A stretch of DNA of 64,000 nt from Squalus acanthias (GCA_030390025.1 CM059432.1:97962001-98026000); one strand, 5' to 3'. Shown: positions 1 through 10,305, counted from the stretch's first letter. Translations and numbers: made by a program. Notes: a model not told the origin generated them from the sequence alone.

Positions 1-308
1 TGCACTTCAGCCCCACGCTCCTGATCTACGGTCACCCGGTGCGGAGGGGAGCGGGTAGGTCGGAGGACCTCCTCGTAGGACTGCTCCTGGGCCTGGCCAA
101 GAAAGCCATTAATTGGTCCAGGCAGCGGGCGGTCGAGGGGGTCGTTCGGCCCGATTGCCTGCCTCTCTTCCGCGGCCATGTTCGCGCCCGGGTGGCCCTG
201 GAGATGGAGCACGCGGTGTCCGCCGGCACGCTTGAGTTTTTCCGCGACCGGTGGGCGCCGCGGGGACTGGAGTGCATCGTCATCCCGGACTTCCAAATTT
301 TGATTTGA
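1..308 (+). mobile_element. 3' end of a Tx1/L1-clade LINE ORF2 (window edge)
   Basis: ORF 39-308 LLLGLAKKAINWSRQRAVEG...CLPLFRGHVRARV...FRDRWAP resembles the Tx1-type ORF2 C-terminus. It is followed by a T-rich 3' UTR. Confidence 0.6.
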
Positions 309-354
309 TTTGTTAAGTTTCATTTAAAGTTTTAATTGATTTACAGTAAATTTC

Positions 355-455
355 TGTTTGTCCAACCAAAAAGAGCAACACCAGGTTATAGTCCAACAGT
401 TTTATTTTAAATCACAAGCTTTCGGAGTTACAACTCCTTCGTCGGGTGAAGTGAG
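355..455 (-). repeat. Penelope-derived short repeat with a degenerate hammerhead motif
   Basis: Similar to the arms of the 21172-21360 palindrome. The minus strand reads CCGACGA-AGGAG-ttgtaa-CTCC-GAAAGCTT. Confidence 0.6.
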
Positions 456-2167
456 GAGATACAGAATCGTCAAAGCATATATAGATTGAGAACAATGCAT
501 GTGTAACTTACAATTGCAGACAACTGAATTCAATCATCCTGACTGTTTATCTGCCGAGGTGTGATAAGTAGAGGCATAGGGCTGGACTTTCTCAATGGAG
601 ACGAGTTGGAGGCGGGACTGCTGCTTATCATGTCAATGTCCCGCCTCCATCATCGTCTGACCAACCAGAGGGATTTTCCCCTGATTGACCTTGTTAAGCC
701 CGCCCTGCGGGCTCAGCAGGCCAATTAAGGAGGAAGTCACTGACAGAGCACGTCAACGTCTAATGTGCTATCTGTCAAGACTTCTTGAAAGAAGAAATGT
801 CAGCGTTTCACAGCTCTGTGAAGCTGTCAAACACTGACATTCTCTGTAGTTTGATGAGGCCTTGTGTTCAGGACTCATCAAACCTTTCAACTTTGTCAAT
901 TTCAGATGGCTGTTGGTTCGGAGGATCCAACAGCCAGTCTGTGAAATCAACAAGGAAGATGTCGGTCTCCCGATCCAGGGTGGATGAAGGCTGCAGGAAG
1001 AAAACAAGGTAAGTGAACATTTTTAAACACTTATCACTCACCTTACATACTTACCACTCCACACTTGCACCCATCACTCACCTCTACATCTTACTTCCAG
1101 GTGCCTCCAAACCCCGCAGACCTCCTTCACGTCTCCTCCAACCCGACGGGGTTCTCCGAGGTCGGGAAGCCTTCACCTGAGAAGGCAAAATGGCACTAAT
1201 CCTTTTTCCTGCTTGTTAACTACTTGTTAACAGGCAGTTAAAAGGATTTAATGCCTTTCCCGCCTCCAGGAGATGGGACCCGAAGCAGCACATCTTCCCA
1301 CCTCCTGGCAAAGGGGCACAGAGGTGGGATGGGGGCGGGTTTGCCATCCGCCCCCACTTTCTGCTACTTGTAGAATTCGCAATATATCGCGATTTTATTA
1401 ATAAGGAGAAAACACAAAGTTTCGTTCAAACAGCTTTTATTTCAGCAGAATGCTGCCAGGTTGTTCAAAGTGGACACAAGCAGCCTGTAAAATGGCCGCC
1501 GCACCTCGTGACAGAACATTCTAGACTTTTCAACAGGCAGACAAGATGGCGTTCCAATAAACATTTGGGCAAGATCGATTAAGATTCAGCACAGTGAAGA
1601 TAATACACGAGACATTGTGGGTTTGCGGTATACAAATAAATACTGAAATCGGTCTCCCAGGTACGAATGAAAGCTATTGTACCGAGTAATCAAGGGCCCA
1701 TCCAAAAGACATTAATATGTAAAATCCCAACGACTCTACGATGAGAGAGCCGTTAGCAGGTAGTTATACAAAACACTTGGAAGCCCCAAAACCCCTCCAG
1801 GGAGAACACCGACCGATTTAACAATGGGAGAAATATTAACAGGTACTCAGACATTTACGAGTAGCCCCGAAACCCATTAAGAACGGAGATCACCCATACA
1901 AGACATTTGAGCGCCAGACCCTAACAAAAGAAAGGACATTAAGGTTGGGCGGGAAACGGAAGATTTTGTACTATAATTACAAGCTCCAAACCGTCCATCT
2001 TTCTCTTATTCGCTTATCCTCGTGGCTGCTCCTGTGTACTCGTAGTCGGGCTCCTGCTTGCCTGGTGCCTCTTTGAAAAGGACTGTCGAACTTTCTGATC
2101 CGTTCAGATCTACCTCGTGTCGCGTAACGAAGACCTATGTTGGTAACTGGCAGCGGAACCAAAGGCC

Positions 2168-2201
2168 CGAGATGAGATGAGATGAGATGAGATGAGATGA
2201 G
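2168..2201 (+). repeat. (GAGAT)n microsatellite within the LTR (copy at 11556-11589)
   Basis: About 6-7 tandem GAGAT units, identical in both LTRs. Confidence 0.9.
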
Positions 2202-2665
2202 AAGAGAGGAAGACCATACTCATCGCCACGGTCAGTAAATCCCGACCGCGCCTGTAGGTCGAATAGCCAAGTTTTCCTTGCCAGGGAGACTTCTTCGAAC
2301 TTGCAAGAACGGTTCATCATCGATGATATTGACTAATCTGTGAACTGTGCTCGAAAGTACCTGTTAAACCAACCAACACAGGTCTTCATCACAGCAGACA
2401 GTCCAGCCTGCTAGCCGGAGCAGAAGCAAGTAAACAAGTGGGACCAGGAGATCTCCTGACCGACACGTGGGTGCTGCGGTGAAAAACATCCGATCAGCTA
2501 TTCGGAATTTCTCCGAGTTATCACGAGTGGTGAGCATGAGTCTCGAAATCCTACGAATCTAGTTAGGATAGATATTGATAGGGGAGGGTTTAAGTATTAA
2601 GGATACTTGTAATGTGTGCCCCTATTTACGGTGTGTCGTTCGTTCCTCGTTTCCCTAGGATCAGC

Positions 2666-2747
2666 TATATAACTGCTTGTAAGATTGTACTGTCATTAAT
2701 CTGTGCTTATGACATGTATTTCATAATCTTAAATATCATGCAATAAA
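2666..2747 (+). promoter_or_regulatory. Putative LTR TATA box (TATATAA 2666-2672) and polyA signal (AATAAA 2742-2747)
   Basis: Motif order and spacing fit U3-R-U5. The motifs recur at +9388 in the 3' LTR. Confidence 0.5.
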
Positions 2748-2991
2748 GATTTTCCATTTCGTACCATTCAACCGAGTCTACATGAGTTTCATCTCCATTA
2801 CTGCTCTCGCATCTAAGTCCAGTGTCTAGAACCGTAAGGGCGAGTGATTCGAACCACTCACAGGTGTGTCTAGTGTTCCCAGGCTGGCTGGAGACCAGAA
2901 CAGGCAACAAGGCCTAGACCCGCACTGACATACAGGCTGCACAGAGCCGCGTGAATCTCACAGGCTGCGAGACACGCAGGGTCAGAATCCC

Positions 2992-3184
2992 AGATTCCAA
3001 GGATAAAAATCCCGCGGTCCGAGCCCAGGCGCCTGTCCCGGCTAGGGAAGCTAATGCACCCACCCCTCCCGACGACATCGAAGTAGTGTTAGGAGCCATG
3101 CGCAATCTCTTGAGTGCACGTGGACAGGTGGCGGTCGCAACCGGCCCCGTAGGTGCCGCAGGACCGTCTAATAGTACCCCATGA
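2992..3184 (+). pseudogene. gag: C-terminal remnant of gag, ending TGA-CTAG in frame with pol
   Basis: A Pro/Ala-rich ORF tail joined directly to the truncated LTR. It is in the same frame as pol and has no in-frame start ATG upstream. Confidence 0.65.
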
Positions 3185-6100
3185 CTAGAACCCGCGCAGC
3201 CCGTCTACCTGTGTCCGCTTAGCTATGATGCGTGGAAGCGACCTTTGGTGGAGATGGAGGTAGAGAAACAGAGGGGTAGTTATTTGTTGGACACGGGAGC
3301 TTCTTGCACCATAATCCATACAGATAGCCCTTTTGACTCGCCGCTATCCACCAGGGTCCCATTCACGTTAGCGGGGTTCACAGGAAAAGAACAGGCTGGC
3401 ACGTTCTCCCTTCCGCTATCCATTCGTTTAGGAGCACTTCACCTTAAGTGGAAGTGTATACTGATGGAATGGCAGGAGGGGGGTGGAAGAGGTATTCTCG
3501 GGTCTGATCTTCTATCGGGACACGGGATCCTCGTGGACCTCAGAAATCACTGTCTCTGGGGGGCTAAGGGTGAAAAAGGCGAGGTAATAGTGATTCCGGG
3601 GGAGGAAGAAACAGGGGTCCTGTGTACCGTACAGCCATCCGGAGGCTACGACCTCAGGCTTATGGTCGCAGATGTCCCAACGGACATGCAAGCGTACGTG
3701 TCAGATAATATGCACGCGTTTGCAACCCACAAGCACGATTGTGGGAGGGTTGTCGGGTTTGAGGTCAGCGTAGATGGGGACCCCATGACCCGACCCCAAA
3801 AGCAGTATAACTTCCCCAAAGAAGCAGAACCCGATATGGAGACAGCAATGTCCTCCTTGGTGCAGCAGGGCGTGTTGAGGCCGATAGCCACACACGTGAA
3901 CTCCCCATTATGGCCGGTTAGGAAGCCGGATAATTCGTGGAGAGCCACGGTGGACTACAGAGTCCTTAACAGTAACATTCCCGCCTGCGCGCCCACGGTA
4001 GCAGCAGTTGCTGACCTAATAGGGAGCATCCCAGCGTCCGCGACCACGTTCACGGTGCTGGATATCTCGAACGGTTTTTGGTCCATCCCGCTGCGGCGAG
4101 AGGACCAGTACAAGTTTGCCTTTACTTTCAAAGGACAACAGTACACATGGAACTGTCTGCCACAGGGTTTCCACAATAGCCCCAGTATTTTCCATCAGTG
4201 TATGGCAGGAAGTTTAAAGGAGTTTAGTCAGCCCAATCAGATAGTGCAGTATGTGGATGATTTGCTCCTATTTACGGACTCAAGGGAGGAGCATGGACCA
4301 CTACTGGACGAGTTATTGGAGCTGCTAGCGAGAAAGGGTTTTAAAATAAATCCTAAGAAAGCACGTATCGGTCAGCGGGAAGTAAAATTCCTGGGACTGA
4401 CCATACGCGCTGGGGAAAGAGCCATAGACAAAGCAAGGAGGGAGTCGGTGCAAGAATTACCGATTCCCAACAACGTAAGGGGTGTGAGGTCCTTCTTGGG
4501 ACTGACCGGTTACTGCAGGGATTTTATCGAAGATTATGCGGCCACAGCAGCGCCGCTCCTCCGACTCCTCCATAAGGGGGTGGAGTGGTCTTGGGACGAG
4601 GGCTGCCAAGCAGCCTTCGAGAAGTTAAAAAGGGATCTGCAGACCCCGCCAGCCTTAGGGGCCATAGATGGGGGGAAGGAGTTTTTCCTGGAGGTAGCTG
4701 CCAGCGGAGACAGCTTAAGCGCCGTACTGCTCCAAGAGCGTCACGGCAAGCTGAGGCCGGTTGTCTATTCTTCCAGGGTGTTAACGGATGTGGAGAGAAG
4801 TTTCTCCAATTGCGAAAGGCACCTTTTAGCCACGCATTGGGCTGTGAAAAGATCAGCAATCTTCACAGGGCTCTCTCCCATCACTCTCCTCACACATCAC
4901 ACACCAACTAAGATGCTTCTGGATGGGAGGATCAAAGATGGGACCGTAAGCAGCGCGCGCATTGCGCGTTGGACCCTTCTTCTCTCCCAGTTGGATCTTA
5001 GAGTAAAAGGTCTTTGCGAGCCCAGGCTTGCGGCCAATTTGGTATACCCCGGTACAGCCCACCGGTGTTCGGTGGAAGGGGTGTGGGACGTCAACATAGG
5101 TTTACGGGCCGGGATACATCCCACTGGGCGCGAGATTTATGTTGACGGGTCTAGCACAGTATCTGCTGGCGAGCGACTCACAGGGTGTGGAGTTTATGAC
5201 CCTGCGGCAGACCTTGCCCTGGCGATCAAGCTCCCTAGCACCATGAGCGCGCAGCAGGCTGAGCTGTCTGCCGTGGTGTACGTTGTGACCCACCCAGACA
5301 TTTTCCCAACCCCATACACGATTTGCTCGGACAGTATGTTCACCTGCAATTCGTGTACGGAATACCTGGCCATTTGGTCCCGCCGTGGATACACCTCCGC
5401 GGACGGGCGACCTTTAACGGTGAAGCCCTTGCTGGAAAAGATCTTAGCAGCAGCAGTAGGGGAGGAAGGAGAGATTTTCATCCATAAGGTGAAAGCTCAC
5501 TCCTCCACAGAGCCCCGTGGGGAGGGCAACCAGCAGGCGGATGCGCTAGCCAGGGAAGGTGCCCGCAACGGCATTTTCTGGGACCCCTATGGGACCAGAC
5601 CCATAGCAGCGATCCGAGGCAGGGACGGGAATCCCGGGAACACCAGGGTAGCATTGCCCCTAGACCTTAAGACCGTCCAAGCCCAGGATCCCGCCCTAAA
5701 AGCAGTCCTAAAAACCATTGCTGAGGGGAGGCAGGTAGAAGGTCCGTACAGTACGGCAACCCTCTCAGTTAAGGAAGGCATGCTGTTCCGCGAGGAGCAG
5801 TGGGTTGTGCCGCAGCAGCACAGGAGGGAATTCCTCCAGTTGGCTCACGAGGGACCAGGGGCAGGGCACCCCGGGCCCGAGGTTACCTGGCAACGGGTAG
5901 AGCAAGCGGGATGGTGGCCAGGGCTCAGGGAACAGGTCCGAGAGTTCTGTGCAAACTGTCTTGTGTGCGCTGCAAACAACCCAGACCCCCAGAAAAGGAA
6001 GGTGCCCATGGGACACGTAAGAAGGGTAGAGGGACCATGGCAGTCGATACAGATCGACTATATAGGACCCCTGCCCACAACCCAGGGAGGCTATAAATAC

Positions 6101-7666
6101 TGCCTCGTCTTGGTGGATGTGTTTTCCAAGTGGGTGGAAGCCTTCCCCTGTCGAACAGCTACGGCACTGGGTACAGCAAAAATCTTGGTTCGGGAAGTGT
6201 TCTCGCGGTGGGGACTTCCCCGTTTTGTGGAGTCAGACCAAGGGAGTCATTTCACCGGCCAGGTGATGCAGAACACCCTCATGCTTTTGGGCATTGAAGG
6301 GAAGTGGCACGTAGCACACAATCCCCAGTCATCCGGGATTGTTGAACGCATGAACCGGACCCTGAAGGAGAAATTGAGGAAAGAGACTAGGAACTCGCCC
6401 CAAAAATGGGCGGAAGTTCTGCCTTTAGTCCTCATGGGGGTCCGGGCCAGTCAGTCAAAAAGTACGGGGTACTCCCCGCACGAGGTGATGACTTGGAGGC
6501 TCATGCGAACCCCCACCCATGTGCTAGCGCCGGTGCTCACTGAGGGTCAGCTCCAAGAGATAAGCAGGGACAAGTTCGCCCAGACTCTCTTGGAGCGCCT
6601 GAAGCAGGTTTATGAGCAGACGGCTGGGAACATGGGAAGGCAGCATCAGGGCAATCGCTTGTTGCTGGAACCCCGCAAAACGCGGGAGTGGGAAGTAGGA
6701 GACCAGGTCATGGTCAGAAACTACGCCAGAGTAGGGAGTCTGGAACCACTGTATATGGGACCCTACAACATTGTAGACAAGGCGAGTCCCATGGTTTACG
6801 CCGTAAAAGTACCTCGGCGCACTAAGTGGTTCCACATAAACCAATGCAAACTGTACAAGCCAGGTGCGCAAGAGAAAACTACAGGGGTAAATCACGCCAG
6901 TGGGAAAGCACAGCCCCAGGTAGGACCACAAGGCACACAGGCAGGCATAGCAGCTTGCATCAGGGGAGGGGACATCCTGGAAGATCATGCAGCGTTTTTC
7001 TGGAATTGGGAGTTAGATGAGGGAGAATTCAGGGAACTCGAGTCAGATGAGGATAGTGATGACGACGGGTGGTTTTGGAGGAACGGTCCCGTTTTCGATA
7101 TGGGGAGAATGCGGGCTGCAGATAGAGATCCACACAGGGTGGACACACAAGCTGCAGGTCCCGAAGACAGGAGGGAGGAGCTAGGGGAGGCGGGGCCAGC
7201 CGCTATGGGAGCACGGAGAGTGACGGTGCGGACCCCAGAGACAGAGCCGCCCGCTTTGAACGTCCCGTCCTCGGGGGAGGCAGAGATCACGAGTGAAGGG
7301 CCGCCTGCTGGGCCGAGCAGGGCGGAGCCACAAACTGCGAGCCCCGAGGTTAGGGAGGCGGAGTCAGCGGAGGCGGAGCCAGCGACTGTGGTGGAACCCC
7401 AAGTCGTCCCGATGGAAGTCTCGGAACCCGGTCCGTCAGTCACGGAACCCCCACCCATGGCAACTCCCCGTAGGTCAAGTAGAGAACCCCAGCCCAGGAG
7501 GATGTGGTCATGTCCCCAGACTGCCCCAAGGCGTAAACTTAAGGTTAAGGTAACCCAGATACAGGCCGGCCACATCGCAGCAGCAACAGGCTGCGGCAGA
7601 TCAGAGGGAAGGGTCAGTGCCCTCCCACCGTCGGGAAGAGCTCGCAGCAGCCTTCTCAGAATTTAA
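3185..7666 (+). CDS. pol: Pol polyprotein: aspartic protease, RT, tether, RNase H, integrase and a long C-terminal extension
   Basis: LLDTGAS (D at 3290); LPQGF and YVDD (4250-4261); degenerate RNase H LEVAAS/CERHLLA/THH; second RNase H YVDGS..SAQQAEL..SDS..KVKAH..GNQQAD; HHCC zinc finger; IDYIGP/SDQG/GIVER DDE; GPY motif. The frame is open from 3185. Confidence 0.95.
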   Translation, partial: LEPAQPVYLCPLSYDAWKRPLVEMEVEKQRGSYLLDTGASCTIIHTDSPFDSPLSTRVPFTLAGFTGKEQAGTFSLPLSIRLGALHLKWKCILMEWQEGGGRGILGSDLLSGHGILVDLRNHCLWGAKGEKGEVIVIPGEEETGVLCTVQPSGGYDLRLMVADVPTDMQAYVSDNMHAFATHKHDCGRVVGFEVSVDGDPMTRPQKQYNFPKEAEPDMETAMSSLVQQGVLRPIATHVNSPLWPVRKPDNSWRATVDYRVLNSNIPACAPTVAAVADLIGSIPASATTFTVLDISNGFWSIPLRREDQYKFAFTFKGQQYTWNCLPQGFHNSPSIFHQCMAGSLKEFSQPNQIVQYVDDLLLFTDSREEHGPLLDELLELLARKGFKINPKKARIGQREVKFLGLTIRAGERAIDKARRESVQELPIPNNVRGVRSFLGLTGYCRDFIEDYAATAAPLLRLLHKGVEWSWDEGCQAAFEKLKRDLQTPPALGAIDGGKEFFLEVAASGDSLSAVLLQERHGKLRPVVYSSRVLTDVERSFSNCERHLLATHWAVKRSAIFTGLSPITLLTHHTPTKMLLDGRIKDGTVSSARIARWTLLLSQLDLRVKGLCEPRLAANLVYPGTAHRCSVEGVWDVNIGLRAGIHPTGREIYVDGSSTVSAGERLTGCGVYDPAADLALAIKLPSTMSAQQAELSAVVYVVTHPDIFPTPYTICSDSMFTCNSCTEYLAIWSRRGYTSADGRPLTVKPLLEKILAAAVGEEGEIFIHKVKAHSSTEPRGEGNQQADALAREGARNGIFWDPYGTRPIAAIRGRDGNPGNTRVALPLDLKTVQAQDPALKAVLKTIAEGRQVEGPYSTATLSVKEGMLFREEQWVVPQQHRREFLQLAHEGPGAGHPGPEVTWQRVEQAGWWPGLREQVREFCANCLVCAANNPDPQKRKVPMGHVRRVEGPWQSIQIDYIGPLPTTQGGYKYCLVLVDVFSKWVEAFPCRTATALGTAKILVREVFSRWGLPRFVESDQGSHFTGQVMQNTLMLLGIEGKWHVAHNPQSSGIVERMNRTLKEKLRKETRNSPQKWAEVLPLVLMGVRASQSKSTGYSPHEVMTWRLMRTPTHVLAPVLTEGQLQEISRDKFAQTLLERLKQVYEQTAGNMGRQHQGNRLLLEPRKTREWEVGDQVMVRNYARVGSLEPLYMGPYNIVDKASPMVYAVKVPRRTKWFHINQCKLYKPGAQEKTTGVNHASGKAQPQVGPQGTQAGIAACIRGGDILEDHAAFFWNWELDEGEFRELESDEDSDDDGWFWRNGPVFDMGRMRAADRDPHRVDTQAAGPEDRREELGEAGPAAMGARRVTVRTPETEPPALNVPSSGEAEITSEGPPAGPSRAEPQTASPEVREAESAEAEPATVVEPQVVPMEVSEPGPSVTEPPPMATPRRSSREPQPRRMWSCPQTAPRRKLKVKVTQIQAGHIAAATGCGRSEGRVSALPPSGRARSSLLRI

Positions 7667-7920
7667 AGGGGCCGCCCTGAGAACGGGCGGCACTGTAAAG
7701 TTATAAGTTAAGTCTTAAGTTCATAGTTCAAGGTTAAGTTTATAGTTTTTTTAATAAGGTTAAGATTGTAGTGTTTTTAACAGAAAACGATAAAATGATG
7801 GGAGTTTTAAAATTAGGTTTAGTTAAAGTTTATACAGCGAACGTGGAAGTTTACGTGAGGCGAGGTCAGGGGACCCGCTCACCCTTCACAGAAGCCAGAG
7901 ACTCTTGCGAGGCTGGCTAC

Positions 7921-7940
7921 CTCATTCTATCTGATCACAG
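7921..7940 (+). promoter_or_regulatory. Putative env splice acceptor
   Basis: ctcattctatCTGATcaCAG|G, 13 nt upstream of the signal-peptide ATG at 7954. Confidence 0.45.
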
Positions 7941-7953
7941 GAACCAAGGAAGG

Positions 7954-10305
7954 ATGGAACGAATTCTAGTATTGCTCGCGGCAATCGGATGTGGATTGGC
8001 CTATCGAGGCCGCACCAAGGATGTCGTGGTGTTTAGATGTTCCGGGGACACGGCCCCCATCGCGGTGGATGGGACCGGAAGACGGGAGGCAGAGGAGACC
8101 AGCACCTATTTCCACAAGGGAAGGTGGCCAGGATGGCTGGGAACGAACTCAACGGAGTATTCTAGCACATCGGGGTTTGCCTACAAAGAGACTTCTTTAA
8201 TGTGCCCCAAAGTAAGGATCATCGCACCCAGGATCAGCGTCACCGTCGGCAAACGGATTTGTTTGACTTGTAGTGGGAATGTCCCATTGAGCCGATGGTG
8301 GTGGCTGCGAAAGCTGAGCAAAACTATGAGGAACTCTTCGGTCGAGTGGGAACGACTGGGTAATAATACCCATCGGACAATTACGGGGACAAACGGACAA
8401 GTGAAAGTCTGTTGGGACAAATGGTGGGAACCGGACGAGGGAATTTATGTATGTATGTGGGGGTCAAAGTACGTTTGCCCCAAAGGCATCTCCATATTTT
8501 TCATTAATCAATGGCAGGATAACGGACAGGGGATGAGGTGGGATGCGAGCACCAGGGGGTGCGGAGCCCCATTCTCCCCGATCCCAGTAAATGCCACTGA
8601 GCTCATTACGCGCCCACGCAAAGCCCCGCCCACGATTCCGGTGGTTCTAGCTGAGGAAGAAGGGTGCCCTAAAACTAGTAAGGGACCCGGGAATGGTTTG
8701 GTACTGGTCCCCACAGACCAGATACTATTTCAGGGGGTACATTACGCGGTGGCCTCGGTGATTTTAAATCTCACTGAGGTGCGGTTACCAGAGTGGTGCC
8801 CCAAAAAGACGGAACAGTTGTATCAGGTCCTGTTGACCAAGATGTTCAGACAATTTTACGAATTCGATTTCGCGGAAATTGATAAAACAAGTTTGTACAC
8901 CGCACCACAGGAAGTTTTGGATCAAGTAGGGAGGCAAAGAAGGGGTTTGGTGAACGATGCGTTCACTGCTTTTAACACGGGTACATCTGTGGTTAACGCT
9001 CTAGACAGTGTGGAGCTGCAGACCCAGATTAATGGTTTAAAGACACAATTAAAAGACATTCTAACAGATGAGAATAAAGTGGTAGGGTCAGGTTTACACG
9101 AGGACCAAGCCATGACTCTCCATTTAAAGGAAATTATAGCAGAGTTGGAGAAACTTGCAAAGACGGTAAATGCCCTGATTAGGGAAGATCGGAATGCATC
9201 CGATCAAGCTGCGCAGAACGAGGTGTGCGTGCTTTACGGGGCGTGGTTACTGGGCGAGGGCCGCAGTAATTTGGAGGATTTAAAACAAGGTTTGGTCCCG
9301 TCCTGGATAAGTAACAAACACCTGCGGGCGCTCCACCCTTTTCAAAACGCATTAAGTCCGTGCCAGCTCAGGCTAGCTTCAGAAGCTTACCCAGTCCCCG
9401 TGGACTGCGGACGATCAAACCATACTATTATGGGAATAGTATTACGCATGCCGGTTTTGGGCGACACAGCAAAGCCCGCCCCGGTGTATCGGGTAGAGAA
9501 CATTGGTGTCATTCGGGGGGGAGCCCACATTCGTTATGCAGCGGTTCCACCTTACGTCATCCGCTGGGAGCAAACGATGACAGGTACAGATCTCTCTGGT
9601 TGTCGTGGCAGGGGAGCACACATAATACTGTGCCCCCAGCACTTGAATGCCTTTTTAACACCACAATGCGGGTTCAGAACGACTGGCGCCAAGTCCATGA
9701 ATTGCACCATGGAGGCAATGGCACAAGATCATGTGCCTCCGCAGGTAGCATACATCGGGGGTGGAACATATTGTGTTACCACTGCAGCGCAACACTACCA
9801 GCATGGAAACCGTAGCCGGTGTCCGGTGAGTAACAGCAGTTTCTGTTTTAAACCCAGGGCGGAAGTTCAAGTAGCATAACAGCGAATTATCCCAATCCCT
9901 GAACCATCCACTGTTCATCTCACAGTAAAAGAGAATTTCACCGACTTGCAACGATTCGTCGCGCATTTCGGATACCTCATTCCCCCTCTCCCTGAACACC
10001 TCACCAAACTTTTAAAAGCCGTCGCGGTGTCACAGAAACATTTTTACACATTAGAGCAGAAAACTGTCGAAATAGGAACAGACATTCTGGATATAGTAGT
10101 TCCACCGTGGTGGAATCTGTTCACCAATATTGAAGTGCCTTCATGGATCAGAATAGCCTCCCACATTTTAGTCGTATGTCAAGTGTTTATTGTAGTGTAC
10201 CTATTGGTCGTACATTGTAAAAGAGACAAACGCCTCACCAAGCATGAAAACACGGGAGAGTGGCGAGAACGTTACGTGCGCGTGCACGATGAAAGCACCG
10301 TGTAA
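7954..10305 (+). CDS. env: Envelope/class I fusion glycoprotein (~783 codons) with one in-frame TAA at 9877-9879
   Basis: Signal peptide MERILVLLAAIGCGLA; Ig-like motif; RQRR furin site (8932-8943) followed by a fusion-peptide-like stretch and heptad repeat; Cys-rich region; N-glycosylation sequons. ORF 9946-10305 is in the same frame and supplies the TM helix (IASHILVVCQVFIVVYLLVV) and tail. Confidence 0.88.

Larger units (their letters stand above)
1369..2991 (+). repeat. 5' LTR, missing its last 5 bp (TTACA)
   Basis: Matches 10757-12379. The only mismatch I noticed is A2400 vs G11788. The match stops after CAGAATCCC. Confidence 0.95.

Noticed and set aside
1977..2910. Short minus-strand ORFs in the LTR (duplicated at 11365-12298)
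   Set aside because: They are 61-67 aa with no motifs. One only reflects the GAGAT microsatellite, and the duplication is explained by LTR identity.
3192..3240. Pseudoknot after the gag stop (CGCTT/AAGCG as second stem)
   Set aside because: It would need a zero-length connecting loop. Only the simple 7-bp stem is retained as a suggestion.
6985..7575. 196-aa antisense ORF opposite the pol tail
   Set aside because: Low-complexity Ser/Ala/Gly content typical of a shadow ORF in GC-rich coding DNA. No independent support.
7771..7953. ORF-track N-terminal extension of env
   Set aside because: It starts at a GTG in AT-rich intergenic DNA. The signal-peptide ATG at 7954, just after a splice acceptor, is the more plausible start.
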